Assembly (NCBI RefSeq): GCF_964355755.1
Contig: NC_092676.1
Location: 25,500,871-25,564,870 of the forward strand
DNA length: 64,000 nt
From: Antedon mediterranea
Taxonomy: Eukaryota; Animalia; Echinodermata
Direction of reading: 5' to 3'
The translations under genes and the position numbers were made by a program. The notes below the pieces were generated by a model. That model searched no databases. It worked only from the letters and a program-made list of their open reading frames with translations, and was not told where the DNA came from. Below, piece after piece: positions 50,868 to 64,000 of this stretch (the stretch's first letter is position 1; each line of letters begins with the position of its first letter).

Positions 50868-52080
50868 ACAAGACAAACATACACACAAGATGCTCTACAT
50901 AAACAAAGTCTTATTACAAGTCTTTGGGAGTGGAGTTTGTCCTTAGAAAAAATCCTGACATGTGACGGGACTTGAACCCAGGACCCTTGGAGTGTTTATT
51001 TTTTGTTTGATTGTTTGTTTTATTGTTTGTTGTCCATGGTCAATATCTCATTGCTATGAGAATGTACATGTAATTTCCAGACCATATGCACTGATTATTA
51101 TTATGTACCTAACTGTGTTCGTAGGGTGTACAAATAAATGAATGTTTATGATTTGAATAGGAAGTGTGCTCCACGAAAAAATGTTTGTACCCGCTATAGG
51201 TTAAATGTCAAAATAAGGTGTTTTTAAACATTTTGTGTATTTCTGTTGTATTAGAGCAAATATAATTATATATATTGCGAGAAATTTGAGACTAAAATTA
51301 TAACTTTCTGACTAGTGGTTGCTGAGATATTGATTTGGCTATTTTCTTGACCAATGGTCAAAAATAAAGTTTCACTGTCATTTTTTGGCAAAAGTTGTCC
51401 ATTAAAGTGATAGAAATATGTATATTTTGAGTGTTTTGACACCAACTATGACCATATCTACCCACAAATTTCTGAGATATGAAAAGTGTGCTCCAAGCCA
51501 AAAATATTTGTGCCGGCTATATGTCAAAGGTCAAAATTAAGGGTTTATTGACAGTTTTATGATTTTTATTACATTAGAACAAATATAAACATATACTTTG
51601 CGAGTAATTTGAGACCACAATTATCACTTTCTGACCACTGGTTGCTGAGATATTTATATGTCCAATTTATTGACCAGTGGTCAGAAAAGGGGTTTCTGTC
51701 CACTTTTGGCAAAAGTTTGCCATTAGATTGAATAGAAATATGGGTCTTCTGAGTAGTTTGATACAAAAAAATATTCCAATACACCCAGTAGTTACCAAGT
51801 TACGCAAAGTCTTAACTTTGACCATATTGACCTTTTGGCCCTTGTACTGACCGAGCATCCCAATTTTTTTCGGCCAACAGCAAAAAATTGATTTGTATTG
51901 ATATAAGGAAGCAAAAAAACATTGTTGGCATAGTTTGCTAGAGGGTGCAGGTAAACCCCTTGTGGCTCCCCAACTATACGTAGGTCGCACAATCAGCATC
52001 TTGATACTACTGTACTTTATTCCTCTCTTTAAAGTGTAGACCTATAGCTAGGCCTATGTACTTAATAGCAATGTTAGATA

Positions 52081-52688
52081 AACATGTCGGTGATATACAA
52101 GAATGCTAAGATCAATAGAATGCATAGAATAGATGATGGATGTGTTCTATACAGTGATACACTCAAAAAGAGTGTCGTAATGTGTAATAATAAATTTGAA
52201 GAAATATCTCAATTTGGCAAACAAATATTGAAAGTCCTCCCTAAGTGTTTTTAATTTCGATATTGACGATGGTAACCTTCTGGGTAAGATAGTTTCAAAA
52301 GGTAGTGAAGAAGGACAACTGTATATTCCACAATATGTCACCCTAATAAGGGAAGGTAATTTAATGATTACTGAGTCTGGTAATAATAGAATACAACTGT
52401 TTGATGCAAATGGTATGTATTTAGAAACACATATTGATCCGGGCGAAGAAGATGGGAAAGTCCTTTGTGTATAGTAATGGACACGGATGAAAATACAATT
52501 GTATCCAGTGCTCATAAACTACAATTATTTGATAAAAAATGATGTTTTTGTCAAACGAATAGATAATAAAGATGATGAAATTTGATGAAATTAAATTTCC
52601 ATGCGGCATTACAATAATCGCTAATAGACCAAGACGACTGACAATTGCAAACTTAGGAGAAAATAATGTTAAAATATTTAATTACTAA
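52081..52688 (+). pseudogene. NHL fragment A, unit 3
   Basis: Duplicate of 35530-36137 with a few substitutions. Confidence 0.9.
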
Positions 52689-54558
52689 ACAGTATCTTGC
52701 TTACTAAATAATTGTAAACACAACTCGAATGATCTCCAAGTGGAATATTCTGTAATCATAGAAAACAATGATACAGAAGAAAATAACAATTACACTGTAA
52801 GATAGCAAATCCCCTTTGAACTTATCCAATGATAGACTATGGTATTTATGGTGCACTCAAAATCATATTGACAATCAATCTAGTGTAGCCTACACACTTT
52901 ATAACCAATGATAAATATTTATTTCTAATTGATAGGTCCATTTTTATATCTTTATTTGTTGTTCTAGATAGTTTATCCGATTGTATATAGTTTAATTGTT
53001 GTTTTATTAGGATCACGTGAGTAAACACTGCACATTGCAATACAGAATTATAAATTCTTATGAAACAAGTGCATGTTTGCCGACATCGTGGCAATTTGTT
53101 TTGAATTTCAATATTGACTATGGTAAAATTTTGGGAAAATAGGTTCAAAAGGTAAAGGGGCAACTGTATATTGCACAAGGTGTCACGTGTTTGCCGAACC
53201 GCTGCACATATACCATTATAATAAAGTTGAGTATTTGTTCATTCATTTTTTATTGTTCCACATAAAGTAAGAAAAGAAAATGATCAAGAAAAAACCTGTC
53301 TTTGTTTATTTGTGGAATCTCAACTAAGCCAAAAAGAGCTTAAAGTCTGAGTTTCCAAAAGACATTAAGGGCCTACATTGTACATGGTAACGTAAAATTG
53401 CTTTCTAAAAAAAAACCAGAAAAGTCAAATAGATTTTATTAGAATATCAATAGAATAGAAAAAGTAATATATAAATTCCATTCAGAGTAAACTTATTAAC
53501 TATCTAATAAATATTAATGGATAAATATTTTTTGTATTTTTTTTTTCAAAAAGGTTAGTGATGATTTAATATTATATCCTTATTTTGTTTTATATATCAT
53601 CGACATAAAAAAAAGCTTGCATTAAATGATCACGTGAATAAACACTGCAATACCCAACCAGAGGATTTTTTTAAACATTTTTATCTAATGTTAAAAATTT
53701 ATAACATAAGCACCTATAGTTATTTAAAAGGAGTCAAATAATAAAATATTAGAAACTTGTTCGTATATTGTTGTCTTTATTATTTTACACACTCCAAAAT
53801 ATGGTTTATTATTTTTTAAAGGCCTATACGGTACCGTATTGTTTCCACCTATTTGGCAACATGTACACCATGACATGTTGATTGTTATGTAGGCAGACAA
53901 TTTATTACTTAAGGCTATACTACAAAAAGTCAAACGTTGAAAGCTTAAAGGCCAGGTGCGGGCAAAACATTTCTATTGATCATACATTCCAATAATTATC
54001 GATCTATAGTTTCCCCTATGTTTCATAATTTTTTGGGATTTTATTTGTGTTACACGAGCTTGTTGAAATTAAGCACTTTCTTATCAGTGGGGGGATAGTT
54101 CAAATTACACAGTAAAATCTCTATTCTTTTGTACACACATTTTGTAAATAGAGAGGCATTTTTTAAAAGCTATGAAAAATAAACGGTGTGGTAAAAAATG
54201 TTATCAGATGACTAAATATAGGTAATATAACTTGAATATTACATTTCTGATATTTTTATTCAACTTCAGATATTTATTTTCATGCAAAAGCAAAAATTAT
54301 CCACCGTATATCCCCCATCTTTTTTCACCGTCTAGGGAGTCACAAGACATGTTATTACAAAAAATTGATTTGTATTGATATAAGGAAGCAAAAAAACATT
54401 GTTGGCATAGTTTGGTAGAGGGTGCAGGTAAACCCCTTCTGGCTCCCCAAATATACGTAGGTCGCACAATCAGCATCTTGATACTACTGTACTTTATTCC
54501 TCTCTTTAAAGTGTAGACCTATAGCTATAGGCCTATGTACTTAATAGCAATGTTAGAT

Positions 54559-55215
54559 AAACATGTCGGCGATATACAAGAATGCTAAGATCAATAGAAT
54601 GCATAGAATAGATGATGGATGTGTTCTATACAGTGATACACTCACAAAGAGTGTCGTAATGTGTAATAATAAATTTGAAGAAATCTCTCAATTTGGGAAA
54701 CAAATATTGAAAGTCCTCCCTAAATGTTTAACGGTTAACAATGATATTCTTATACGTAGCAGAGGCACACAGTGTTTTTAATTTCGATATTGACGATGGT
54801 AACCTTCTGGGTAAGATAGGTTCAAAAGGTAGTGAAGAAGGACAACTGTATATTCCACAATATGTCACCCTAATAAGGGAAGGTAATTTAATGATTACTG
54901 AGTCTGGTAATAATAGAATACAACTGTTTGATGCAAATGGTACGTATTTAGAAACACTTATTGATCCGGGCGAAGAAGATGGGAAAGTCCTTTGTGTATA
55001 GTAATGGACACGGATGAAAATATAATTGTATCCAGTGCTCATAAACTACAATTATTTGATAAAAAATGGTGTTTTTGTCAAACGAATAGATAATAAAGAT
55101 GATGGAATTTGATGAAATTAAATTTCCATGCGGCATTACAATAATCGCTAATAGACCAAGAAGACTGACAATTGCAAACTTAGGAGAAAATAATGTTAAA
55201 ATATTTAATTACTAA
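54559..55215 (+). pseudogene. NHL fragment B, unit 3
   Basis: Duplicate of 23001-23657. Confidence 0.9.
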
Positions 55216-56845
55216 CCAGTATCTTGCTTACTAAATAATTGTAAACACAACTCGAATGATCTCCAAGTGGAATATTCTGTAATCATAGAAAACAATGATA
55301 CAGAAGAAAATAACAATTACACTGTAAGATAGCAAATCCCCTTTGAACTTATCCAATGATAAACTATAGTATTTATGGTGTTGGGGATTTTTTAGAAAAT
55401 TTTCAAAAGATTAAGTGTTTCTTTCTGCTAATGTGTAGGTTTATTTATGTGCCGCAATTAATATTAATTGCACTCAAAATCATATTGACAATCTACTGTA
55501 CATACTTGAACCCAATGATAAATATTTATTTCTAATTTTTATATCTTTATTTGTTGTTCTAGATATTTGTATTTGTATATAGGCCTAGATTGAGTGCTGT
55601 TTTATTAGGATCGCGTGAATAAACACTGCACATTGCAATACAGAAACAAGTTTATTATCGGGGCAATTTGTTTTTAATTTCAATATTGACGATGGTAAAA
55701 TGTTGGGAAAATAGGTTCAAAAGGGGCAACTGTACAAGGTGTCACGTGTTTGTCAAAGCGCTGCATTATATACCGTTATAATAAAGTTGAGTATTTGTTC
55801 ATTCATTTTTTTATTGTTCCACATAAAGTAAGAAAAAAAAGATCAAGAAAAAACCTGATTAAGTCTTTGTTTATGTGTGGAATCTCAAATAAGCCAATGA
55901 GGTCTTTAAGGCTGAGTTTCCAAAACACATTGGGCCTACATTGTACATGGTAACGTAGAATTGCTTTCTAAAAAAAAAAGAAGAAAAAAATCCAAACAGA
56001 TTTTATTTGATATCAATAGAATAGACAAAGTAAGATATAAATTCCATAGGAGTAAACTTATTAACTATCTAATCAATATTAATGGTTAAATATTTTTGTA
56101 TTTTTGTTTTAATGTTATATCCTTAATTTGTTTTGTATATCACCGACATAAAAAAAACGCTTGCATTAAATGATCACGTGAATAAACACTGCAATAACAC
56201 CAGAGGATGTTGTTAATTCGCTTTTTATTTCTATAATGTTAATATATATTTTAATTATAAACATAAGCGCCTATAGTTATTTAAAGTGAGTCAAATGATA
56301 CAATGTTAAACTTGTTTGTATTTTGTTTGTCTTCATTATTTTACACACTCCAAAATATGGTTGTATTATTATTGATAATGCCTTTCTGTTATGACTTATG
56401 TTATTCGGTGAAATGATATTCACCATGTTGATTGTAGGCAGACAATAAATAATATATCGATACGATTATTATTACTTTTTAGGCCCTATACTAAAAAAAA
56501 GTCAAACGTTAAAAAATTAATTGTATTTTATTACACTTAAGTCTCATTTATATTATTGTAGCAAATTACTTTGATGTCCTATATTATCTTTTTCTTCTTT
56601 CGAAAGAATGATAACTTTGTTTTCCTTTATATGTCCGATAAACTCTCTTTTAATTCACTAATTTGAATGTCTAAATCTGTTTTTGTACGGGATAACGCCG
56701 ATTCAAGTTCTTTCGTCGTAGGTTCAAGATTTCGTATTTTTTCGGTAGAGTTTTGTATGTATGTGTGGCCTTGTTCGTTAGGTTTAATAATCTCTACTTT
56801 AAATTTTAAATGTTAAAATGTTTTAATTACTAAACAGCATTATAC

Positions 56846-59332
56846 AAACTGAAACTACACCGAATGAATGGAATGAAGGGATAATTATCCCAATATTTTA
56901 AAAAGGAGATCGACGTGATCTCAACAACTATCGAGGTATCACACTTAATTCACGTGTTTCTAAAATTTATTATCGAATTATTGTATATAATATTTCTTAA
57001 ATTTTAGAAGAAAATGACATCCTTGGTGAAGTCCAATGGGGCTTTCGGACAGACAGATGTGAAGACCCCATTTTTGTCTTGAAAAGCATTATCGCCACAA
57101 GGCGTGCTGAGGGTAAAAAAAACATTTCTAGTCTTTTTGAACTTTAAAAAAGCCTTTGTTTCAGTTTGGCGATAAGGGTTAATTACTGCTGCCAAAAGAA
57201 TTGGTATCCGTGGTAAACTTCTTAACTTAATAAGAAATATGTACTATGATTGATGAGTTTTGTTCAATGACTTTAGTCATTTTAGCATTAATGAAGGAGT
57301 GAAACAAGGCTGTTCATTGTCACCAGTTCTTTTTCTATTTACATTAACGAACTAAATAACCTAATCAAAAGTTATAAACTAGGTGTTCAAATCTATGACA
57401 CACAAATAGGTGCAATATTCTTTGCTGATGACGTGGTTTTTAATCGGTGACAATGAGTCAGAACTTGTGAAACTACTTAAAGTAACAAGTGATTATTCAC
57501 AAAAATGGAAATTAGAGTTTAATTTTGACAAATCAAATGTGCTCAGGTCACAGGGCAAAGAGTTAATCCACATAGAACATGGAGCCTTGGTAATCATTAT
57601 ATCACAGAAATGGAAATGTATAAATATCTTGGTGTAATAATATTACGTTCATACAGATTCAGACAATATCGTTACAATTTGTTTTTGTTTTTTGGGCCTA
57701 TTGTAAACCAAGTGTTTTAAAACTACTTATATAAAAAATCCTGTACCCTAATCTTAAATACAGTTACATATTACAAATAAGGGATAATAACTCTTAACTT
57801 TTTTGGAAAAATAAAGCGTTTTGGTTAAGTAGTTTTTTAGCAAATGTAATTTTAGTTTTAATGTTACATTCTGACTGCTCAGGAAAGGTTTGGCGACTTC
57901 GAAAATTTTCCCCTATCCTTTAACACTATCCGGTCACTGACAAACCAAAACACTGCTTCAAAAAAGGGGCTGTGCCGACAAAGTATCTGAACCAATCACA
58001 TTTTACATTAGGTCATTAGAAAGCTTGATTGATTAGCTTTTGCATGGTGGAACAGCCAATATCATTGGATAACTAGGTCAAACGTTATGAACGTTTTTGT
58101 AAAAATCTCAACAAATTGGCAGAACAAGCCTATTCTTTAAAACAGGGCAATTTTCAAATCGTCTAACTTTAAAAATCAATGCCGACGAAGTTTTTTTAAA
58201 TTAAAATATTAAAAAATGTTTAAAATAACATGTTATTGTAGGTACTTAATTAGGCATTACAATGTCGAAACAGCCATAAAAATCGGTCAATTAATAACAA
58301 AGTTACATTGAAAAACCAAAAAAATTGCTGTTTTTTGGTGATTTCATGCCGTTTAGCGGAAATCGCCCGGATTTTTGGGTACATAAAACAAATAATAAAA
58401 AAGGGAAATAGGATAATAGCCTATAGCTTATTACCTCTATTGTAAACAATCAGAATGATTTCAATAGGGTATAGCATACTACGGTCATCTTTTATGGAGA
58501 ACAAGGACTACCAACAATTAATTACGCCTCTGCAATATGGTTATGTAACTTTAAAGGCTCACTAAATAAGTTAGAAAATTTACAATACCAAATGGCTTTG
58601 AAGGCACCAAGAAACGTTGATGGTGACCTAGGATGGGAGACACTCTACACCATTCAAAATAAGTTTGGGATGTCCTACTTTAACAGAATTTAAAATATGG
58701 ACGACCAAATGTGTCAAAAACTCCTATGTAAATCTATAATGGATGTAGAAGCTAAGGTGAAATGGAAGTGGATTAACCATATCAAAGATTTATTATGTAA
58801 ATTTGATTTAGGAAATAAGTTTAATTTAAATCCGGAAAGTCAATGGTTTAAGAGTTTTACACATGCCAACTCTCTAGAAAATATTAAGGAATGGTTAAAA
58901 GGTGCATAAACAAAGTAAACCCTCTCCGAATATTTGAAATATAAACACGAACCTAAAGCATGCTTGATATGGTGAATTTTGACTCCTTTAGTTTAAAGTT
59001 TAAAGCGAGGTCTAACTCTCTTGATTTAGAAGGTAGATAAAATACATGGTCAGAAAATGAGCCTGGTTTTTGCAAGCTATGCAACAATCAGGTAATTTAA
59101 ACTACAGACCATTTTCTACTTGAATGTTCAAACCTTAAAAATGTAGGAGATACACATTTTAACTAAAAATTGATTTATTGTATTGTGGTTATGATACATT
59201 CTGGGAGAATTTTAGAAGTGGTACAATCGACTACCAACATCATATTTCCATTTGAGAGAATAGGTGAAATTGTAGACAATCACTGTAAACAATACTTAGC
59301 TGCTGCATGGAGACATAGAAAGACTACACTTA
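56846..59332 (+). mobile_element. Decayed non-LTR retrotransposon, unit 4 copy
   Basis: Colinear duplicate of 10070-12570. Confidence 0.85.
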
Positions 59333-61363
59333 TATAATTATATATATAATATATAAATGTTTACCGCCCACCATATTATCTACTAACTTTTATTTTACCA
59401 TTTATCTAATTCAATAATATATATATTATATATATTTTTTTAAATTTTGTTTTCTTTCTCCAAAATTATATAATCTAACCTAAATCTAAATTAAATAATA
59501 TAAATAAATAATACAGTACGAAAAATAAGACTAAATAATATAATAAAAATAGTATCACGTTTAATTAAATTACAAATAACTATTAAAATTAAATATAATA
59601 AGAACAAATAATCATATAACAGTTGCATTAATTTTAATAACAACAGTATATTAAAATTAATTATCAATTATATTTTTTAATAATAATAATGATAATATTC
59701 GCTTTAAACTTGAAAATATTAATAATACTGACAACAAAAATAATGATAATAAATAGATAATAAAATTAACTACATCATATAGGTCATATAGATTGTTCGA
59801 TCTGTAAGATTATCTTGTTTTTACTATTTCATTTTACTTGTATAATTCGCTTCTTATTTAAGACTTAAATGTCTTTTCTTTTTGTGTTTAAATTGCCTTA
59901 TAAACGCTGATACAAAAGCGTTTGTTCAATAAAAGTTTTAGTTTTTTAGCATCATACTTATAAAATAATTGTAAACTCGGATCGAATGACCTTTAACAGT
60001 CCAATAGGAATATTGTGTAAACATAGCAAACGATAAAGCAAATATCAATACATTAACTTTAAAGCAATATCTCTCTTTGAACTCAGTTTATGATTACAAA
60101 TGGATTGTTTCGAAAATTTACCAAAAAAAGATAGGCCTAATTTGATGATTGGAGTGTTGGTTTTCTTGCTAATCATTTTATATGTATTTGTCAAACGTTC
60201 CGCCTACTAATAGTAAATATATTGGTTTGCTTTTGCACTCATTAGGTTCATAGTTACCACCTTTATAAAGAGTATCTGACTAAACAAACAAGGTAGATGA
60301 AACTCCCTAAAAACAAAATGTTAAATATAACGTTGAGAGGAATACGGTGTGAGTAAAAGAAACTAGATTTAATTCATCCCTATGACGAATTATAAGTTAT
60401 ATGCATTGATTTAAATAAGGATAATTTAATTTTTTAAAGATAGTAATTCATTGATTTTGTCAGAATTTATAATTAGTAAAGAAAGATAAAATCTTGTTGC
60501 CGCAAACACTGAACATCGAGCCACCATACACAACCAGAGATCCTTCCGCGTACGTCGTAAACCATTATGCATATAGATAATTACAATAATGAAAACATAA
60601 ATCACTTTTCTCAAAATTTCATTATAAATCATACGTATAACTTATACACTAAGAAACCAAATTGAACAAATGCGGATATAAAACAAAATATTTATTCGTA
60701 AACGCGATCTCGGTACCACGAATATTATTAGACGTGATCAATTTGGAATATTGACATTCATTAGAATTTAAAAAACATCTACTTTGTACACCAATGTATC
60801 ATATATAATAATTGTCATAGTATGTCTAAAACAAGCAAAATTCCATTCATTCGGTTGTCACTCGTGACTTCATCTCCTGACTAATGTAAAATAATTCATC
60901 AATTATTAATAAACAATACAATATCAGTATTACTTTTTGGTACTAGAGGTCAAATGAAAATAAGATCAAATTGTTTATCTTACCCTTTGTACGCCAAAAT
61001 TGTACAAGATATCTAAAAATTAGGCTTTACAAATAACTTTTAAAAATGGAGGTCCCCTTTTATTCCGAGAAGCTCATAGAGATTTAAAAAAATGGCATGT
61101 TTACACAAATAATTGTTTAGCTTGACGTGGAAATTTAAAGAAAACAATATAACTGTATCAGCTTTATAAAGCAAGTTTTTATTATGTGAATAATATTTAA
61201 AAAAATGTGAGATTGAAATGTGCTTAGATAATAGGTACAAAAAATCTGTACGAAGAGAAAGATCTGCCGAAATTCAGAAAATAGGAATTGAGAATAGGAA
61301 GTCTGGTGATAGCTTTTGCAATGTGAAATTTCATTACTTGCAGATGAATCATACATAAATTCA

Positions 61364-62257
61364 TCAATCGAAATTTATACTATCTATATCTTCATAACTT
61401 AGGCCTTGATAATAATAAAACGGTATTCCGTTGTTTCCTCTATCTCCTGCAGCTTCACCCTCCTCATCCTGCTGCTGCTCCTCTTGTTCACACCGCTGCT
61501 CCTCTTCATCATCCTGCTGCTCCTCCTCACCCTCCTCTGGTCGATGAACCGAATGAAGATTATTTAATGATATACAGACAATTTCTATCAACCGATTTCG
61601 TCTTCGGAATGGATTCATTAGTGCTAAAAACTTCGTTTTAATCCCCTTTCTGTTTTTCTTTTTTATTCTTATTTTAAGATTTGTTATTTTCTTAGCTCGA
61701 GCCTTTAAATCTCTTTCAACACTGGATACTTCTGTAATCCTTTGTGTAAGCGTTTTTTCAAGATTTTGTAGTTGTTGAGTAACGTTTTGTAATTCATTTT
61801 TTAGTTCGTCCCTCGTTCTTGCAAGGTCTTCAATTTGTATAGCTCGGGCATCTGAATTTGTCATCATCTCATCCATCATTGATTTAATTTCATTTAGGCC
61901 TTGTTCATTTTCTACCTTGTTAAGAGCATCTTTCAGTCTTTCAATGTTCATGTTGTTTCTAGTAAAAGTTCGCCCTGATTCTATAGCTTTAATCAAGCAT
62001 TCCTTAGCGTTATTAACCAAAAAATCCGGTGGAAGTTCTTCTAAACCATTCATTGGAATTTGGGTTTCCCTTCTACACAAAGCACATTCAATTTTGAATT
62101 CATTAGGGTCCTCTCTACATTCTTCATATTGAATTATGCATTTTAAGCAAAACGAGTGTCCACACAAAAGACGTTTAGGCTGTTCCATTTGCTCCAAACA
62201 CATTTTACATTGAGTAATCTCCTTTAAAAATGTAATTGGGTCGTCTGGCTCTGCCAT
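61364..62257 (-). CDS. RING-coiled-coil gene A, unit 4 copy, 297 aa
   Basis: Two substitutions relative to units 2/3 (LEST>LEKT, QQC>QRC). Confidence 0.85.
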   Translation of the reverse strand: MAEPDDPITFLKEITQCKMCLEQMEQPKRLLCGHSFCLKCIIQYEECREDPNEFKIECALCRRETQIPMNGLEELPPDFLVNNAKECLIKAIESGRTFTRNNMNIERLKDALNKVENEQGLNEIKSMMDEMMTNSDARAIQIEDLARTRDELKNELQNVTQQLQNLEKTLTQRITEVSSVERDLKARAKKITNLKIRIKKKNRKGIKTKFLALMNPFRRRNRLIEIVCISLNNLHSVHRPEEGEEEQQDDEEEQRCEQEEQQQDEEGEAAGDRGNNGIPFYYYQGLSYEDIDSINFD

Positions 62258-62815
62258 GTTGTACTTACTTACGATTTAAACTTTTAGCCCTTATATAATA
62301 ACTTTATAGGGAGCTGACCTGCTTTCTTCGGTAAAAACAGTAACCAGTCAAATTGATTAACGGACAACCACGTTTCGTACGTCTCACCACGTTTCAGTAC
62401 AGTTTAATTATTCTGCGTTATTTCCACCACGATACATTTCCGCGCCTATATTTTGTAAGCATCAGTTTAGGTATCAGTTCGTAGACAAAGATTGTCATCT
62501 AGAATAAACAAGGTCTTCCTTTTATTTATTATCAATGATGTGATTATTTATCAAAAGACAAAACTTATCTGTTACTGTCCATCGGTTTCCTACCCTAAAA
62601 AACTTTCCATCGGGTAAATCCACTTGAATGTTGGATATTTGAAGATGAATATGCGTCTTTTAAACACCCCCATTTGTAATGGGTTCGTCGGTGCATGTCA
62701 TTTCGTGAGTGGCTGGCCGCCACAACAATAAAACAGGTCAGATAAAAGATCTCTGAATACAATTTTCGGCATCGATTATTGTTTTCGACTTTCGACAATT
62801 CATTTTCACGTCAAA

Positions 62816-63943
62816 ATGTCAACATACGCGGATTCGGAGGAATTGGTTAGATTTTCTACAATATGTTCAATGTGCCGTGAAACAAAGGTAGATCCCAGAC
62901 TTCTTGAATGTGGTCATTCGTTTTGCTGTAATTGTTTAGATCAGAAACATAAAACCATGCAAAAGGCGAGTAAATCATTCTTTGCTGTCGATACTAACAT
63001 TAGGTGTGTTGTTTGTCATAGTTCAAGTATAATTCCTAAAAAGGGTGCTAAGGAACTTCAAAAGCCTAATTTGATTGCTACCGCAACTGAATGTTTTAAT
63101 ATAGCTCAGCAAAATGCATTCATTTTTGTTAAACTTCCAGCATGCACAAACCCTCTTCATAACGATGTCTTGTGGTGTGAAACATGTATGGTTTACATAT
63201 GCAGTAGGTGTTCACATAGGCCTAGGCGAGAAGATCATAATCAGTACTGCCACTTTAGTTCAAATATCGATTTCTTAGAGGCCCATGAAAAGGTGAAACA
63301 AAGAATACGCAAAATTGAAAGAGAAAATAAACTATTAAAAGAGTCCAATGAATCAATAGGACAAAAAAAGGAACAAAGAGCCAGGCAACAAGTACAAAAA
63401 CTTCAACGATTGAAAACACAGAGCGACAGTGACTTACAAACGGCCAAGCAACAAGTACAAGAACTTCAACGATTGAAAACACAGAGCGACCGTGACTTAC
63501 AAAGGGCCAAGCAACAAGTACAAGAACTTCAACAATTGAATGAACAAACCGAGAGTGACTTTAGAAACGCTTATGAAAGAATACAACATGTTGATTTAAC
63601 GTTGGAAAAAGTAAACCAGCTTAGAGACAATTCTGAAACACAAACTAGAGACATACACGATCTTGAACAAATAAAAGAACAAAACAATAGTGTAGTACAA
63701 AACGTAAAACAAAAAATAGAAGATCTTGAAGGTAAGATGGAAGAAATTAACCTGAAAACTTCCAGTCTTAAAGAAGATTCTGATGCTCAAACTAAAAATT
63801 TAGAAATTCTTGAAAGAAAGCAAGAACAAATTGAATTACAAGAGCACACTCAAAAAAGAAAAAAGAAAATAAATGTTTTTTCTGCAGCGAGAAATCGATT
63901 CCGAAGACGAAGACATAATTCTTTCGATGATTTCATTGGGTGA
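62816..63943 (+). CDS. RING-B-box-like-coiled-coil gene B, unit 4
   Basis: Intact 375-aa ORF, protein identical to unit 2. Confidence 0.88.
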   Translation: MSTYADSEELVRFSTICSMCRETKVDPRLLECGHSFCCNCLDQKHKTMQKASKSFFAVDTNIRCVVCHSSSIIPKKGAKELQKPNLIATATECFNIAQQNAFIFVKLPACTNPLHNDVLWCETCMVYICSRCSHRPRREDHNQYCHFSSNIDFLEAHEKVKQRIRKIERENKLLKESNESIGQKKEQRARQQVQKLQRLKTQSDSDLQTAKQQVQELQRLKTQSDRDLQRAKQQVQELQQLNEQTESDFRNAYERIQHVDLTLEKVNQLRDNSETQTRDIHDLEQIKEQNNSVVQNVKQKIEDLEGKMEEINLKTSSLKEDSDAQTKNLEILERKQEQIELQEHTQKRKKKINVFSAARNRFRRRRHNSFDDFIG

Positions 63944-64000
63944 AGACAGCTTGTGCGGCAAGATGCGGAGCAATCAAAACTCAAACAGTAGCCTACATTG

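Larger units (their letters stand above)
38810..55360 (+). repeat. Tandem segmental duplication unit 3 (~16.55 kb, includes Helitron)
   Basis: ORF offset 16551 (38012 vs 54563); the extra length is the 44117-45663 insert. Confidence 0.95.
55361..64000 (+). repeat. Tandem segmental duplication unit 4 (cut by window end)
   Basis: Near-identical to units 2 and 3 through RING gene B. Confidence 0.95.

Noticed and set aside
23803-64000. Array as a pure assembly artefact
   Set aside because: Units differ by a Helitron, a SINE, indels and point changes (e.g. LEST/LEKT and QQC/QRC in unit 4; WITH/WINH in unit 2). The exact copy number still needs read-depth or long-read confirmation.

Overview
AT-rich animal genomic DNA (spliceosomal introns, SINE/LINE/MITE/Helitron content; an invertebrate deuterostome such as an echinoderm is plausible but not provable here). 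Positions 527-5283 (minus) hold a 12-coding-exon USP44/USP49-type deubiquitinase with small MITEs in and beside it. Head-to-head with it is a RING-less B-box/coiled-coil/filamin/NHL TRIM-like gene (6678-8433) broken by one frameshift and one in-frame stop. From about 8.5 kb to the window end is a tandem array of a ~15-kb unit: 3 full copies plus 1 partial. Each unit carries a decayed non-LTR retrotransposon, a divergently transcribed pair of intronless truncated TRIM-type RING/coiled-coil genes sharing a 558-bp spacer and an F-x-A-x-x-N-x-FRRR basic motif, and two NHL pseudogene fragments. The second NHL fragment is chimeric and marks the recombination junction of the array. Copy-specific events order the duplications: a 1.55-kb non-autonomous Helitron in unit 3 only, a tRNA-SINE in units 2 and 3, LINE 3' tails in unit 1 only, and a frameshift in the unit-1 RING gene A. 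All comparisons were made by eye; no database searches were run.
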